In this document: positions 12,176 to 23,693 of the stretch, piece by piece
Position numbering within the stretch: position 1 is the first letter of the stretch
How the letters are laid out: each line of letters begins with the position of its first letter
DNA from: Hemiscyllium ocellatum
Taxonomy: Eukaryota
NCBI RefSeq assembly: GCF_020745735.1
Contig: NC_083401.1
Span: forward strand, 144,085,740 to 144,149,739
Direction of reading: 5' to 3'
Length of the DNA stretch: 64,000 bases
The notes under the pieces: generated by a model
Databases searched by the model: none
What the model was told of the DNA's origin: nothing
What the model saw: the letters and a program-made list of their open reading frames with translations, nothing else
Position numbers and translations under genes: made by a program

Positions 12176-12211
12176 CCACCTGATGAAGGAGTAGCACTCC
12201 AAAAACTAGTG
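12176..12211 (+). ncRNA. Hammerhead motif, family B, probably inactivated (GAAA to AAAA)
   Basis: CCAC-CTGATGA-AGGAG-TAGCA-CTCC-AAAA-A-CTA-GTG. Confidence 0.65.
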
Positions 12212-13080
12212 ATTCCAAATAAACCTGTTGGACTATAACCTGGTGCTGTGTGATTTTTAACTTTGAGGTAACAATGGCAGGATGGGTAAAGCTCTATCTT
12301 CCCATGTTTGTATTTAGCAGCGATGCTGGGCTAACATTAATTCCAGAGCAGCACAAAACATTCAAATTCAGAGCTCCAAGGGAAACATTAGTGTGGATTA
12401 GTTCAGATGTATGTGAGTTTAAAAACCTATTTGCACTCTCTTCTTGTCTATTTATTGATTTAACTTTTAAAAATATTTATAAAAGCTATCCTGCTTAAGC
12501 CTAACTGCTTGTTTCCAATAGATCTCTGCTGTCAACTATTAGAAGAACACAGGAGAAAATGGTAGACACAATTCCGGACCGTTTTTGACATCTCCAATTG
12601 TGCTGCTTTAATTTTGTTCGAAGCATTAGTTTAATTCTTGGTTCTACATATTAGAGCCAGCAGAGAGCAGCATGCTCCTTTCGGTCCCTTTGTTGGCTCC
12701 TTAGCCCCATACCAGAGCTCCCTCTACTGGTCACGACTGGAATTTTTGCCTGTGATCCAGGACCCTTAATCCAAGGCACAGATGTGAGCGTAGTTTGCAG
12801 AGAATAAATCATGCTTATCCTTCGCCAAAAAAAGGAAAGGGATATTAAGTGACCACATTTAATCCTCAGATAGAAACACACACACACACACGCGCGCGCG
12901 CACAAAGGCTGACATATGGTAGCCTACCTGTATGCAGGAGTCCAATTAGAACTAATATTTGTAATGGCTTACTTTTGTTTAAGCAGTTTAATATGAAATA
13001 AAACAAAAGAGAGAACCACAAAAAATGTGCACGTTTAAAGGTCTTGTTTCTGTTTTAAGGAAGGAAATTTAATCACTTGC

Positions 13081-13240
13081 CTCTGGAGGACCTGAACAGT
13101 ACTGGAAGAAAGTCAGGGAAAAGTACCCCGTTGATGCTTTAGTGACAAGTAACTTGCATTGTGGAGGACCGGATAATGTCTGTGCATTTCGGATGACATG
13201 TTGCCGTGTGTCCAACCAAATGTGTGTACACTCCTTTGAT
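13081..13240 (-). other. Candidate 160-nt exon of an unidentified transcript
   Basis: Strong polypyrimidine acceptor (TTTCTCTCTCTTTCTG..TTTTAGTTTCTTTTAG) and a consensus GC donor GAG|GCAAGT. One frame is open: SKECTHIWLDTRQHVIRNAQTLSGPPQCKLLVTKASTGYFSLTFFQYCSGPPE. No homology recognised. Confidence 0.3.
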
Positions 13241-13636
13241 CTAAAAGAAACTAAAATACACTTACAGAAAGAGAGAGAAATTAAAGAATCAGACTTTGTA
13301 AGGTCGTTGCAGTTCATAATTAATTCATGCATGCTGCAAACACAGCTGGTTCTCAGTTTAATTTTTCCTCACTTCATCAACAAAGTGTCAGAATCCTGAC
13401 AATCATCACATTGAAATGGCAGAAAAGAAAGGTTTGATGCAAATTTAATTTGATTGCTGCCTGCAGAAGGGAAGCACCATTGTTCATAAGTTCACTTTCA
13501 TTTGGATGGATTACTTGCTACAATTGGCAATGGCAATCCCAGTGAGGAACGAGGCATTATTTTCAAGGAGAAAACTGGAGGGTTCAGCCCTGAGCTGTCT
13601 GCTCCTTGTAATTTTTTAATACAGCTCAATTCATTC

Positions 13637-13960
13637 TCAGAGTGTGGATGATATTGGCCAGCTCAATGATTATTGGGTGGCCGTTGGATTGCCATTGCCA
13701 ATGTATCTTGAGTCAGTTCCCTGGGAGCAGTTTGAAACCATTCTGTGGCTCACTGGATTATTTCAGACCCCAGTTAAGAGTCAGTCATTGGGATGTGAGA
13801 CTGGAACAATATATCACTGAGATCAGGGAATGATAGCAAGTCCTTCTTGCTCTCACACTTCAGGGAAAACTGATGGGGTTTCACAACAATAGAGAACGTG
13901 AAGATCAATTTTCCTGGATTTGAGTGCAGACATGTAGGCCCCAGGTATTCCCATTGTGCT
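13637..13960 (-). mobile_element. Decayed SINE related to 1550-2636
   Basis: CAGTTAAGAGTCAGTCATTGGGATGTGAGACTGGA.. resembles the reverse complement of that SINE's body. Confidence 0.5.
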
Positions 13961-14159
13961 GGAGAGGCTGAGCATGACTGGAGAACCTGGCTAGGGTAAG
14001 CACACGGAAGCCCGAACGAACTTAATGACCAGACCCTCCTTATCATTTTGATATGTTATCAGACATACAAAGCAGCGTAAGGATGCTACAGGCAAGGAGT
14101 GGTAGACATATCAGTCAAAAGGTCTGAAGTGAGAGGTAAAGGGGAGATAAAGCTGACTG

Positions 14160-14588
14160 CTCATGCTAACACTTCTGACCTAGTTCTGCTGCTGTGTTCC
14201 AGTGAAGCCCAGTTTAAACCAAATGAGCAATCCCTCATTTTCCATTTCAGCATTTTACAGCTTTGAGGATTTAGCTTTGAATTTGACAACTTCAGACCAT
14301 GAACAATGTCTCCCTGTCCTGGGTCTTGTTTGCATGTGTTCTCTCTCACCGAAGTAGACACAATGTCTGCTGCTAATTCCCCAAGTATATCTGTTCTCTA
14401 TTACAATTAACATTTCCTTCAGGTTTTGCTGTGGGACATTGTTACCACTTGCTTCTGTTCTCCTCTCTATTCTAGCTGCCAAAAAACTAGCCTTTTTACA
14501 GCCCCATTCAGTTCTGAAGCGGTCAGCCTGGACTTTAACACAGGTTATGCTAGGCCTCCTGAGTTTCTCCAGCACTTTCTGCTTTTAC
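14160..14588 (+). mobile_element. Decayed PLE 3' fragment
   Basis: LLLCSSEAQFKPNEQSLIFHFSILQ resembles the endonuclease C-terminus. Terminus CTGAGTTTCTCCAGCACTTTCTG. Confidence 0.65.
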
Positions 14589-16029
14589 CCCACCACCTTC
14601 AACCCATCGTATCGTGAATATTGGAGCCCAAGAAGGTTGGAGTGTACTCCTATGAGGGAACTCATTTGATTTCCCTTTCATTCTTTGTTGAGCACGCACC
14701 CTGGCCTGCACACACATGCTAGATTCACTGGACAAGACGGATACCTTGCCAGACTTCAGCTGGTAATACTCCATCCCCCACTGCACAGGAGGCTGTAACC
14801 TGCCACAGGAGCCTTACACATGACAAGGGATCTGTTCCTCTATCTATACATCCCAAGGCTGAAGCCCACCCTTCGCGTGGCTCTGAAGCCAATTGGTTTT
14901 GCAGATGGCATTTGTCCTCCTGCTGTTGGATCTGTCGGGGGCTTGCTGTGCCTTTTACCCTTGCCCATTAGTGAAGATAGAATGCGCATCTGGTCGAACT
15001 GCTCACACGCCCTGGTGAAAGTTGGTAGCCGGGAAGTGAAGCTAAAGGTGAATTGCCTTCTGAAGAGGTGGCAGTAATCCTGACAAGAGAGCTTCGAATA
15101 GCTTCTTGATGCCTGGTCATGTCTGGAGCTCTTCACTTTCACTGAGTTGCTCAGTTGAACTCAAGAATCTCTTCCTGCTGTGTACTTGCCTCAATGACCC
15201 TGGCAAGGTCCAGGCATTGAGCACTGTTGGGGAAAAAGGAACCGATGGTTAAAATGGCTTTTAATTGCCTTTTGAATTGCCTCATTTATTTTCGAACCAA
15301 ACCCACAGGCGACTCACCCTGTGAAAGCTTGCAATTCAGTGGGACCACATTGAGATCAATTTTCATGATTCACTTACCCGGCAGATCCCAGATGCTTGTT
15401 GTCATCTGGCCTTGAAAATTCTTCTAACTCTGTCAAGGTACTCAGACGAATAGATATGTGGAAAATCCCTCTTTCCACTGGTATCATTTGGATACATTAG
15501 AACCTGATTCAAGTGAACATCTAGCATTGTCCACTGTGGAGATATTAAGGTTAGAATTTCTACCTGGGAAGTGGATATGAATGTTTGTTACAGCCTGTAC
15601 AAAAGGGCAGCTTATCGCATGGTAAACAAACATTTCATTGGAAAAGTAAAGATGGGGGATCAGACAAACAGTGAAATAACTTAGGAGAATTATAACCTTT
15701 CTGTTTGATCATATTTTTAGAGGGCCTTTCTGAGCAGCAATGGAGATGCCATAAAAGAAAGCTTTTGGTAGAAAGATTGACAGATGAAGGAGTTCAGTGG
15801 CTGTGCAGGATTATGAAGAATGGAAGATGCTGGAATCCTGTGTCAGATGAAAGGTGGATACAAAATGGGAAACGTAGATGGATACGTTTCCAAGATTGCA
15901 CACAATGAAGCACCAGTTGTGAAACAACCTGCAAATAAGAAATTAAATATTATTGTGGGTTCACATGGATGCAGAAGATAAAAGGAATCATTGCTGAATC
16001 AGGGGCTGACTCACATATTTGTTGTTGTT

Positions 16030-16685
16030 TATTGTTCGGGGTACTGAATATAAAAATAGGCATGTTTTGTAAAGATTCCACATCTGGAATACTCTACATA
16101 GTTTTGGTTTCCTTATTTAAAAAAAGGATACAAAAGAGATCATAAAAAGTTCACTTGATTGATATTAAAAAAAGAGGATGTAGAAAAGAGGATGTGGATG
16201 TAGAAACAGACTTTATGTTTTGACCCTCATTCTTGAGAATTTTCAGTTGATTGCTATCTGATATGTGGTGGAGCATTATTAATGAGGAGTGATCCTGTAT
16301 CCATCTGAGTTTAAAAAGAGAAATAAAAGATGATCTGAGTGAAACATATCAAAACATGTAAGATTCCTAGAGATTTGACAGGGTAGATGCTGAAAGGATG
16401 TGGAGGAGATGAGAACTCAGAGACACACACTAAAAATAAGGAGCCTTCCATTTAAGATAGAGAGAGAATTGATTTTTGTCTCAGGGGATAATGTTTCTTT
16501 GGAATTTTCCTCGCTGGAGAAGAGTGGGGACGAGGTCCTTGAGGATTTCAAAGTCCATAGCCCACAGATTCTTGTCCAAATTGGGGATGCAGTAGTTATT
16601 GGGGTTGGCAGGGAAAGGTCAACTCTGATCATAGTGAATAGTGGAGTAGGGTTGAGGGGCCAAATGGCTGATTTACACTCCCAAT
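16030..16685 (+). mobile_element. Old CR1 3' fragment
   Basis: HLEYS..FWFPYLKK; KIPRDLTG(RVDAERM); RTQRHTLKIR motifs. Confidence 0.7.
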
Positions 16686-19600
16686 TCATATATAAGTTTG
16701 GATATATGTATATAATTATCTTATTCCATTTAAGGATATTCCCTCCTCTGTTCTCTGCGAGAGGTACATACTCTCACACTTCACTTATCTAGAAGCCAAA
16801 GTAAAGGTTATTAGTTGAATGTCTGAATTTAACTCCTTGTCATGCACTAAGTACATTGCTGCCTAAATTATTATAGATTTGGTTATTGTAAACCTCACTA
16901 TAACAGCCGGCCTACTTCAACTTCCTGTAGGAAAACACTGACTTTGACTGTTCTTGGCAAACTTCCATTTGGAACCATCGGAGAACCTCAAGCCTCAAAC
17001 CAATGACTCCCAAATTTAGTAAAAAAAAAGGCAGCCTCCATGGCCATGGAATAATCATGAGAAACTGTTTGGATCAGCCTACTTGAATGAGCTGCTGCTC
17101 TATTTAAATATCTGCTTCACGGGAAATCGGTTTTATCACTATTACATTTCACATGCATTTCTCTGTCCCTCATGAATAATAAATTTGTGAAGGAATGTGA
17201 AATATTACCCATTAGTGGAGAGGACAGCACAGTACTGCAGAATAAACTGGAAAAGGGGAACCTTGCCAGTATCATCCTACCATGAGGGAGTTACAAGTTC
17301 ATGAGTTTAAAACTAAACATCTAATACATCCTCCCTACCACTCACTAGAGTGACTCATTTTGGAATTCATTGTCGACATGAGTAATGTTAGTGTCTCTTT
17401 TGTATCTTATACTCATTGTCTTAGAATAAACTCATGTGATTGCTTCACTTCATGACAGCTTCACTTTGGCTATGTTTTGCAGTTAGGAAAAAACTCAGCA
17501 TTGACTGGGTTTTGTTAGCACACCCCCCCATTTAAATAGAAACCTATTTGATGTCTATTTCCTGGAGGGATGTGATGATTTTCTAGTGTAGTATAGCATT
17601 TACTCAGTTTGAAAATGTACATCTTAGATGGAATACTTGTTTTCTTTACACCTGAATAGCTTAAGAAATCTTTAGTCACATATAAACCAGAAGGCAGTAA
17701 GTAAATCCACAGATTTACTCAGGGCTTTTAACCTGCACTTCCTGTTCAAACCTGTCTATACATTGCTAAAGCAATGCCTTAATGCTGGCAAACAGCCACT
17801 TTGAGAAATGCTTCATGCTCAATCTTTAGGTAAACTTCAAAGAACTTCTGTCGATTTGCTCCACGTTCCTTAAGTTTTTCAGCATCATACATTTGTGTCG
17901 CTCCTTTGGGGAGAAAAAATAGTTTTGGTCACCGCATAATAGATCGCTATGACTTATTGTGAGCAGCTTGCCAAAGGTTGTTTATTTAAACAGGACTTCA
18001 ATGCAGTTGGATTTTCCAACAGAAAGAGAAAGATATCAAATGATGAGCAGGTTAGACAGGGTGAAATATCTGAGGACTTAGTGAGCTGTGTGGAATGAAA
18101 CCTTAAAGACTCCTAGCCAGATTCCAGTCATCAACTGCTGCATCTTAAAAAGCATCACTTCAATGCTGAGTATTTTTCCACAGTGTGATGATGAATTGAA
18201 ACTGTTTTGGATGGCAAGTCACAACATTAAAAAATGCATCTTGAACTCACTCTTATGCATAATGTTCAAATCTACTCTGCTACATTGTGCACTTTAAAGA
18301 ATGAACAATGTTGGTTTCATTATACTGAAACGACCCCTGACAAAATGTAAACATTCAAGTAGCCCTGCCTTGATTTTTGAGCTTCATTAGCCAAGCTTTG
18401 AAGGCAATTATGAATAAAGGACACACCAACTGCAAACATACATTAGGCCGGTGACTAAGGAAACGGTCAGCAATTACAGTCCTTCCTGTATGACAATCTG
18501 ATACTACTCTAGAAGCCTCAGCTGATTTTTCAATGATTAAATGTACATCAGTATTACATTCGACAAATCCACCAGTTTCACGTAAAGCTTAAAAGGGATG
18601 AATATTGATCTGCTAAAGAGGATTTGTTTTGCTCTATCCAAAGATCAACTGCTCCAAGATTTTCGGGGATCTGCTCAGCTCTTCCAGTGAAAAGCCACTG
18701 CACACACTTGTGTGGACTTGACATTTTATTCTGTAAGAAAACTAAACAGCGAAGCAATGCAATAATCCTAGATAAATTAGATGATCACTGGTGAAGCTTA
18801 GTAAGTAAAGTGCTTTCCACAAAATCCATAGTTGATTTTCAAAAGGTGGAAATGAATCCACTTCATGGGAATGTTGTTAGCCTTTGGATCCAGATTCTTC
18901 TCAATAAACCACCCAGGTTGATAAACCTTGCCTAAAATTCTGTACATTCCAAACATTACCTCTCACACTGAATTTTACATATTAAACATTTTTCAGAGCT
19001 TTCCCATAATGATGAGGTTACAAATAACAAAATAGCAGCATGTTTAGATGGCATGTTTTTTTTTGTTTGATAGTTCAAGTATTATGAACACGAGTTCTGA
19101 AGACATTTATAAGGAGTGTTCTCTGAGAGGCATCTCTTGCTGCTGGGGAAATGGTCCACAAGATACCAGTCACTCTCACATACATTGATTAATGTGTGAG
19201 TCACATTAATATCTATAAGCAATCAAATTCATCGCAGCCCAGCCCTTGCGCACCTTATGTCTGCAAGCATGAATGTTTCCAGCCAAGGGTGCCATCAGAA
19301 AAATCGGGTGGGGATTTCCTCCACTCACCAGCTTTTTCAATTGGCTCACCATGGAGCAGAGATCAAATCTGACTCTGTTGGATTTTCCCAAATCATGGGT
19401 TACTTAACTGTCCAACCAACCTTTCTATCATTCAAAACCTAGGGACGTAACGAGCCCAACAAGGCTGCATCAGTCTAGGCTTTGTTTTCTTTCCTGTGGA
19501 CTCCCCTGATAATGAAAGAGCAGCCTCTGAACCAGGAGAACTGTGATCACTTTGCCTTTCCAAATTGATTGTGTAAATTTTGATTTGATTTAGAGGAGTG

Positions 19601-19823
19601 AAAAGGAAAATGGCATGTAAACTTTACAAAACTAGTGATATCTCTTTTAACTAAATTACTTAGAAATTTATTTTTAATTAAGCAGCAGAGTCTGAAATGT
19701 AATAGGAATGCAGGAATCGCTGCACTAGAACAGTAAACAGAAGAATTTTGATATCCAGGTGACAGTATAGTTCCGAGCAATTAGACAGTTCTTTACAAAA
19801 AAAATGAAAATTGTGGTTCTGAA

Positions 19824-20185
19824 ATAGAGTGTACAGCATGGAAACAGACCCTTCGGCCCAGCTTGCCCCTGCCACCCAATTTTCACTATTAATCTAGTCC
19901 CATTTGCTTGTGTTTGGTTTATATCCCTCCATACCTATCCCATCCATACACCTATCCAATGTTTCTTCAATGACAAAATTGTACTCACTTCCACCACTAC
20001 CTCTGGCAGCCTGTTCCAGATACTCACCACCATCTGTGTGAAAAATCTGCCCCCCCCGGACCTTTTTGATCTCTCCCCTCTCAATGTAAACCTACGCCCT
20101 CTAGTTTTAGGCTGCCCTACCATGGGGAAAAGCTGTTGGCTATCTACCTTATCTACGTCTCTCATGATTTTATAAACCTCTCTAA
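19824..20185 (-). mobile_element. CR1 3' fragment
   Basis: ORF 19935..20165: MRDVDKVDSQQLFP..TRGRRF..FFTQMVVSIWNRLP. Confidence 0.92.
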
Positions 20186-20309
20186 GTATTTAATGCTTAC
20201 TTACAATTTGATAGATGATGAAGGAAAAAGTACAGTTACGTGATGTTTTATTTACATCTGAATGGTTCAGATAATGACAATCAAACCATTCAGAACTCTT
20301 AATTATACA

Positions 20310-21286
20310 GTCATAGAGTCATAGAGATGTCCAGCATGGAAACAGACCCTTCGGTCCAACTTGCCCATGCCGACCAGATATCCCAACCCAATCTAGTCCC
20401 ACCTGCCAGCAGCTGGCGCATATCCCTCCCAACACTTCCTATTCATATACCCATCCAAATGACTTTTAAATGCTACAATTGTACCAGCCTCCACCACTTC
20501 CTCTGGCAGCTCATTCCATACCACCCTCTGTGTGAAAAAGTTGTCCCTTATGTCTCTTTTATATCTTTCCCCTCCCACCCTAAACCTATGCCCTCTAGTT
20601 TTGAACTCCCCACCTCAGGGAAAATATTTTGTCTATTTATCCTATCCAGGCCCCTCATAATTTTGTAAACCTCTATAAGGTCACCCCTCAGCCTCCGATT
20701 CTCCAGGGAAAACAGCCACAGCCTGTTCAGTCTCTCCCTGTAACTCAGATCCCCCAACCCTGGCAACATCCTTATAAATCTTTTCTGAACCATTTCAAGT
20801 TTCACAACATCTTTCTGATAGGAAGGAGACCAGAATTGCACACAATATTCCAACAGTGGCCTAACCAGTGCCCTGTACAGCCGCAACATGACCTCCCAAC
20901 TCCTGTACTCAATACTCTGACCAATAAAGGAAAGCATACCAAACGCCTTCTTCACTATCCTATCTACCTGTGACTCCACTTTCAAGAAGCTATGAACCTG
21001 CACTCCAAGGTCTCTTTGTTCAGCAACACTCCCTAGGATCTTACCATTAAGTGTATAAGTCCTGCTAAGATTTGCTTTCCCAAAATGCAGCACCTAGCAT
21101 TTATCTGAATTAAATTCCATCTGCCACTCCTCAGGCCATTGGTCCATCTGGTCCAGATCCTGTTGTAATCTGAGGTAACCCTCTTCATTGTCCACTACAC
21201 CTCCAATTTTGGTGTCATCTGCAAACTTACTAACTGTACCTCTTATGCTTGCATCCAAATCATTTATGTAAATGACAAAAAGTAGA
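20310..21286 (-). mobile_element. CR1 3' fragment (RT C-terminal half)
   Basis: [43 protein letters not shown]. 3' tail (CTCTATGA)n at 20310-20327. Confidence 0.95.
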
Positions 21287-21431
21287 GTCCTTCTGTTTAG
21301 ACCAAGCATTGGCACAGCCCAGATGCCAATTGGTTTGTCGTGATGAGTTCAAGGTGAAGTTGCCCAGGTCAGAAAGCTTGATGGTGTGACTCTCATCAAA
21401 TTTGAGAAGTTTAAGTTGTTTTGAAGTTGAA

Positions 21432-21870
21432 TGAATCAAAAAGTGTGGCATTGGAAGAGCACAGTCGGTCAGGCAGCTTGCGAGGAGCAGGAGAGTCGAT
21501 GTTTTGAGCATAAGCTCTTCATCGGTAATGTGGGGGTGGGGCCCAAGGGGACTGAGAGATAAATGGGAGGGGGTGGGGCTGGGGGGAAGGTAACTGGGAA
21601 TGCGATAGGTAGATGAAGGTGGAGGGGCGATGGTGATAGGCTTGAGGGGAGGGTGGAGACGATAGTTGAAAAAGAAGATGGACAGGTAGGACATTGATTC
21701 TGTGTGGCTGGAGGATCCCAAGGCGGAAAATGAGGTGTTCTTCCTCCAAGCGATGGGTGGCTAGGATTTGGCGGTGGGGGATGCTCAGGACTCGCATGTC
21801 CTTGGCAGAGTGGGAAGGGGAGTTGAAGTGTTCGGTCACAGGGTAGTGGGGTTGATCAGTGCGTGTGTCT
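21432..21870 (-). mobile_element. PLE 3' fragment with decayed hammerhead
   Basis: ORF 21519..21839: EHFNSPSHSAKDM..RLEEEHLIFRLG. Motif CCGATGAAGAGCTTATGCTCAAAAC on the minus strand. Confidence 0.88.
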
Positions 21871-22482
21871 CCTTTATCCTCTTTGAAGTTGAACGAGTTT
21901 GGTTAACTCATGATCCAGTGTAACAGGCAAAGACCAAAAATGTAATGCTTAAATCTTCAATGGGTTGAGAAACCATTTGGGCACAGGCAGACTGGCACCT
22001 CTGGTGAAAAAGGTACTTGAAATCAAATTATGTCTGACCTCTTCCATCAGGTATATGAGATTATTGGCTTTGTTAAAACAAGGAGAAAGTGAGGACTGCA
22101 GATGCTGGAGATCAGAGCTGAAAATGTGTTGCTGGAAAAATGCAGCAGATCAGGCAGCATCCAAGGAGCAGGAGAATCGATGTTTTGGGCATAAGCCCTT
22201 CTTCAGGAATGAGGAAAGTGTGTCCAGCAGGCTAAGATAAAAGGTAGGGAGGAGGGACTTGGGGGAGGAGCATTGGAAATGTGATAGGTGGAAGGAGGTT
22301 AAGGTGAGGGTGATAGGCCGGAGTGGGGGGGTGGGGGGGGGGTTTGGGGGCGGAGAGGTCAGGAAGAAGATTGCAGGTTAGGAAGGTGGTGTTGAGTTTG
22401 AGGGTTTGGACTGAGACAAGGTGGGGGGAGGGGAATGAGGAAACTGGAGAAATCTGAGTTCATCCCTTGTGGTTGGAGGGTT

Positions 22483-23100
22483 ACTACCTACCACCTACCA
22501 CCCCACTAACCTCCATATACATCACATCATCTGTCGTCATTTCCACCACCTTCAAACGGACCCCACCACCAGGGATATATTTCCCTCCCCTCCCCTATCA
22601 GTGTTCTGAAAAGACCACTCCCTCTGTGACTTCCTTGTCAGGTCCACACCCCCCACCAACCCAACCTCCACTCCCGGCACCTTCCCCTGCAACCGCAAGA
22701 AGTGCAAAACTTGCGCCCACACCTCCCCCCTTACTTCTCTCCAAGGCCCCAAGGGATCCTTCCATATCAGCCACAAATTCACCTGCACCTCCACACACAT
22801 CATTTACTGCATCCACTGCTCCTGATGAGGCCTCCTCTATATTGGGGAGACAGGCTGCCTACTTGCGGAACGTTTCAGAGAACACCTCCCGGACACCTGG
22901 ACCAACCAACCCAACCACCCCGTGGCTCAACACTTCAACTCCCCTTCCCACTCCACCAAGGACATGCAGGTCCTTGGACTCCTCCATCGCCAGACCATAG
23001 CAACACAACAGCTGGAGGAAGAGTGCCTCATCTTCTGCCTGGGAACCCTCCAATCACATGGGATGAACTCAGATTTCTCCAGTTTCCTCATTTCCCCTTT
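22483..23100 (+). pseudogene. PLE ORF remnant: RT C-terminus, Cys linker and GIY-YIG endonuclease
   Basis: Single frame with CxxxxCxxC linker, IIY/YIG motifs and catalytic R (RFREH). In-frame TGA stops at about 22607, 22823 and 22826. Confidence 0.88.
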
Positions 23101-23322
23101 CCCCACCTTGTCTCAATCCCAACCCTCGAACTCAGCACCACCTTCCTAACCTGCAATCTTCTTCCTGACCTCTCCGCCCCAACACCCCCACCCCCCCCCC
23201 ACCCCCCCACTCTGGCCTATCACCCTCATCTTAACCTCCTTCCACTTATCGCATTTCCAACGCCCCTCCCCCAAGTCCCTCCTCCCTACCTTTTATCTTA
23301 GCCTGCTTGGCACACTCTCTTC

Positions 23323-23358
23323 ATTCCTGAAGAAGCGCTCATGCCCGAAACGTCGATT
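23323..23358 (+). ncRNA. Minimal hammerhead ribozyme motif (family A)
   Basis: ATTC-CTGAAGA-AGCGC-TCAT-GCCC-GAAA-C-GTC-GATT. Palindromic ACGT sits at the stem III position; stem II has one mismatch. Confidence 0.72.
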
Positions 23359-23496
23359 CTCCTGCTCCTTGGATGCTGCCTGACCTGCTGCGCTTTGCCA
23401 GCAACACATTTTCAGCTTTGTTACTGCAACTCTACTTAACTGTTATACTGAACTGAAAATATGACCAGAACATTGACTAAAGTTGAGACAGTTGGC

Positions 23497-23693
23497 GAAA
23501 AAGTGAGGACTGCAGATGCTGGACAGTCAGAGTCAAAGAATGTGACCCTGGAAAAGCACAGCAGGTCAGGCAGCATCCAAGGAGCAGGAGAGTCGACATT
23601 TCGGGCATAAGCCATTCATTAGGAATGTGGAGGGGAGGATGTGGGCTGAGAGGGTGGGCATGGTGGTGGAAGGAAGCTGGAAAGATGATAGGA
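23497..23693 (-). mobile_element. PLE terminus (family A); further pieces at about 24400-24600
   Basis: AAAGTGAGGACTGCAGATGCTGG..GGAAAAGCACAGCAGGTCAGGCAGCATCC..TTTCGGGCATAAGCC. Confidence 0.85.

Larger units (their letters stand above)
10668..12264. mobile_element. About 1.6 kb non-coding fold-back of PLE termini (family B) with a hammerhead motif in each arm
   Basis: 10697-11080 is the reverse complement of about 11894-12263. Inner TG-rich (11165-11395) and CA-rich (11437-11650) arms mirror each other. The centre is GCAGTGGGTTCAC-loop-GTGACCCCACTGC. Confidence 0.88.
22076..23414. mobile_element. Penelope-like element (Neptune-type) with inverted pLTR
   Basis: 22117-22482 is the reverse complement of about 23044-23417. 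The + frame from 22483 reads TYHPTN..CNRKKCKTC..IIYCIHC..LYIGETG..RFREH with 3 stops. Flanking GCTTTGTTA at 22067-22075 and 23415-23423. Confidence 0.93.

Noticed and set aside
14820-15142. 100-aa minus-strand ORF
   Set aside because: No domain recognised. It is probably a decayed repeat that I cannot classify.
18573-18730. Minus-strand acceptor (TTTTCTTACAG) followed by a 50-codon open frame
   Set aside because: No good donor site and no recognisable peptide. It could only be supported by RNA-seq.
22820-22875. Extra CTGATGA hammerhead box inside the PLE ORF
   Set aside because: It arises from two nonsense mutations, and no stem II-GAAA follows.
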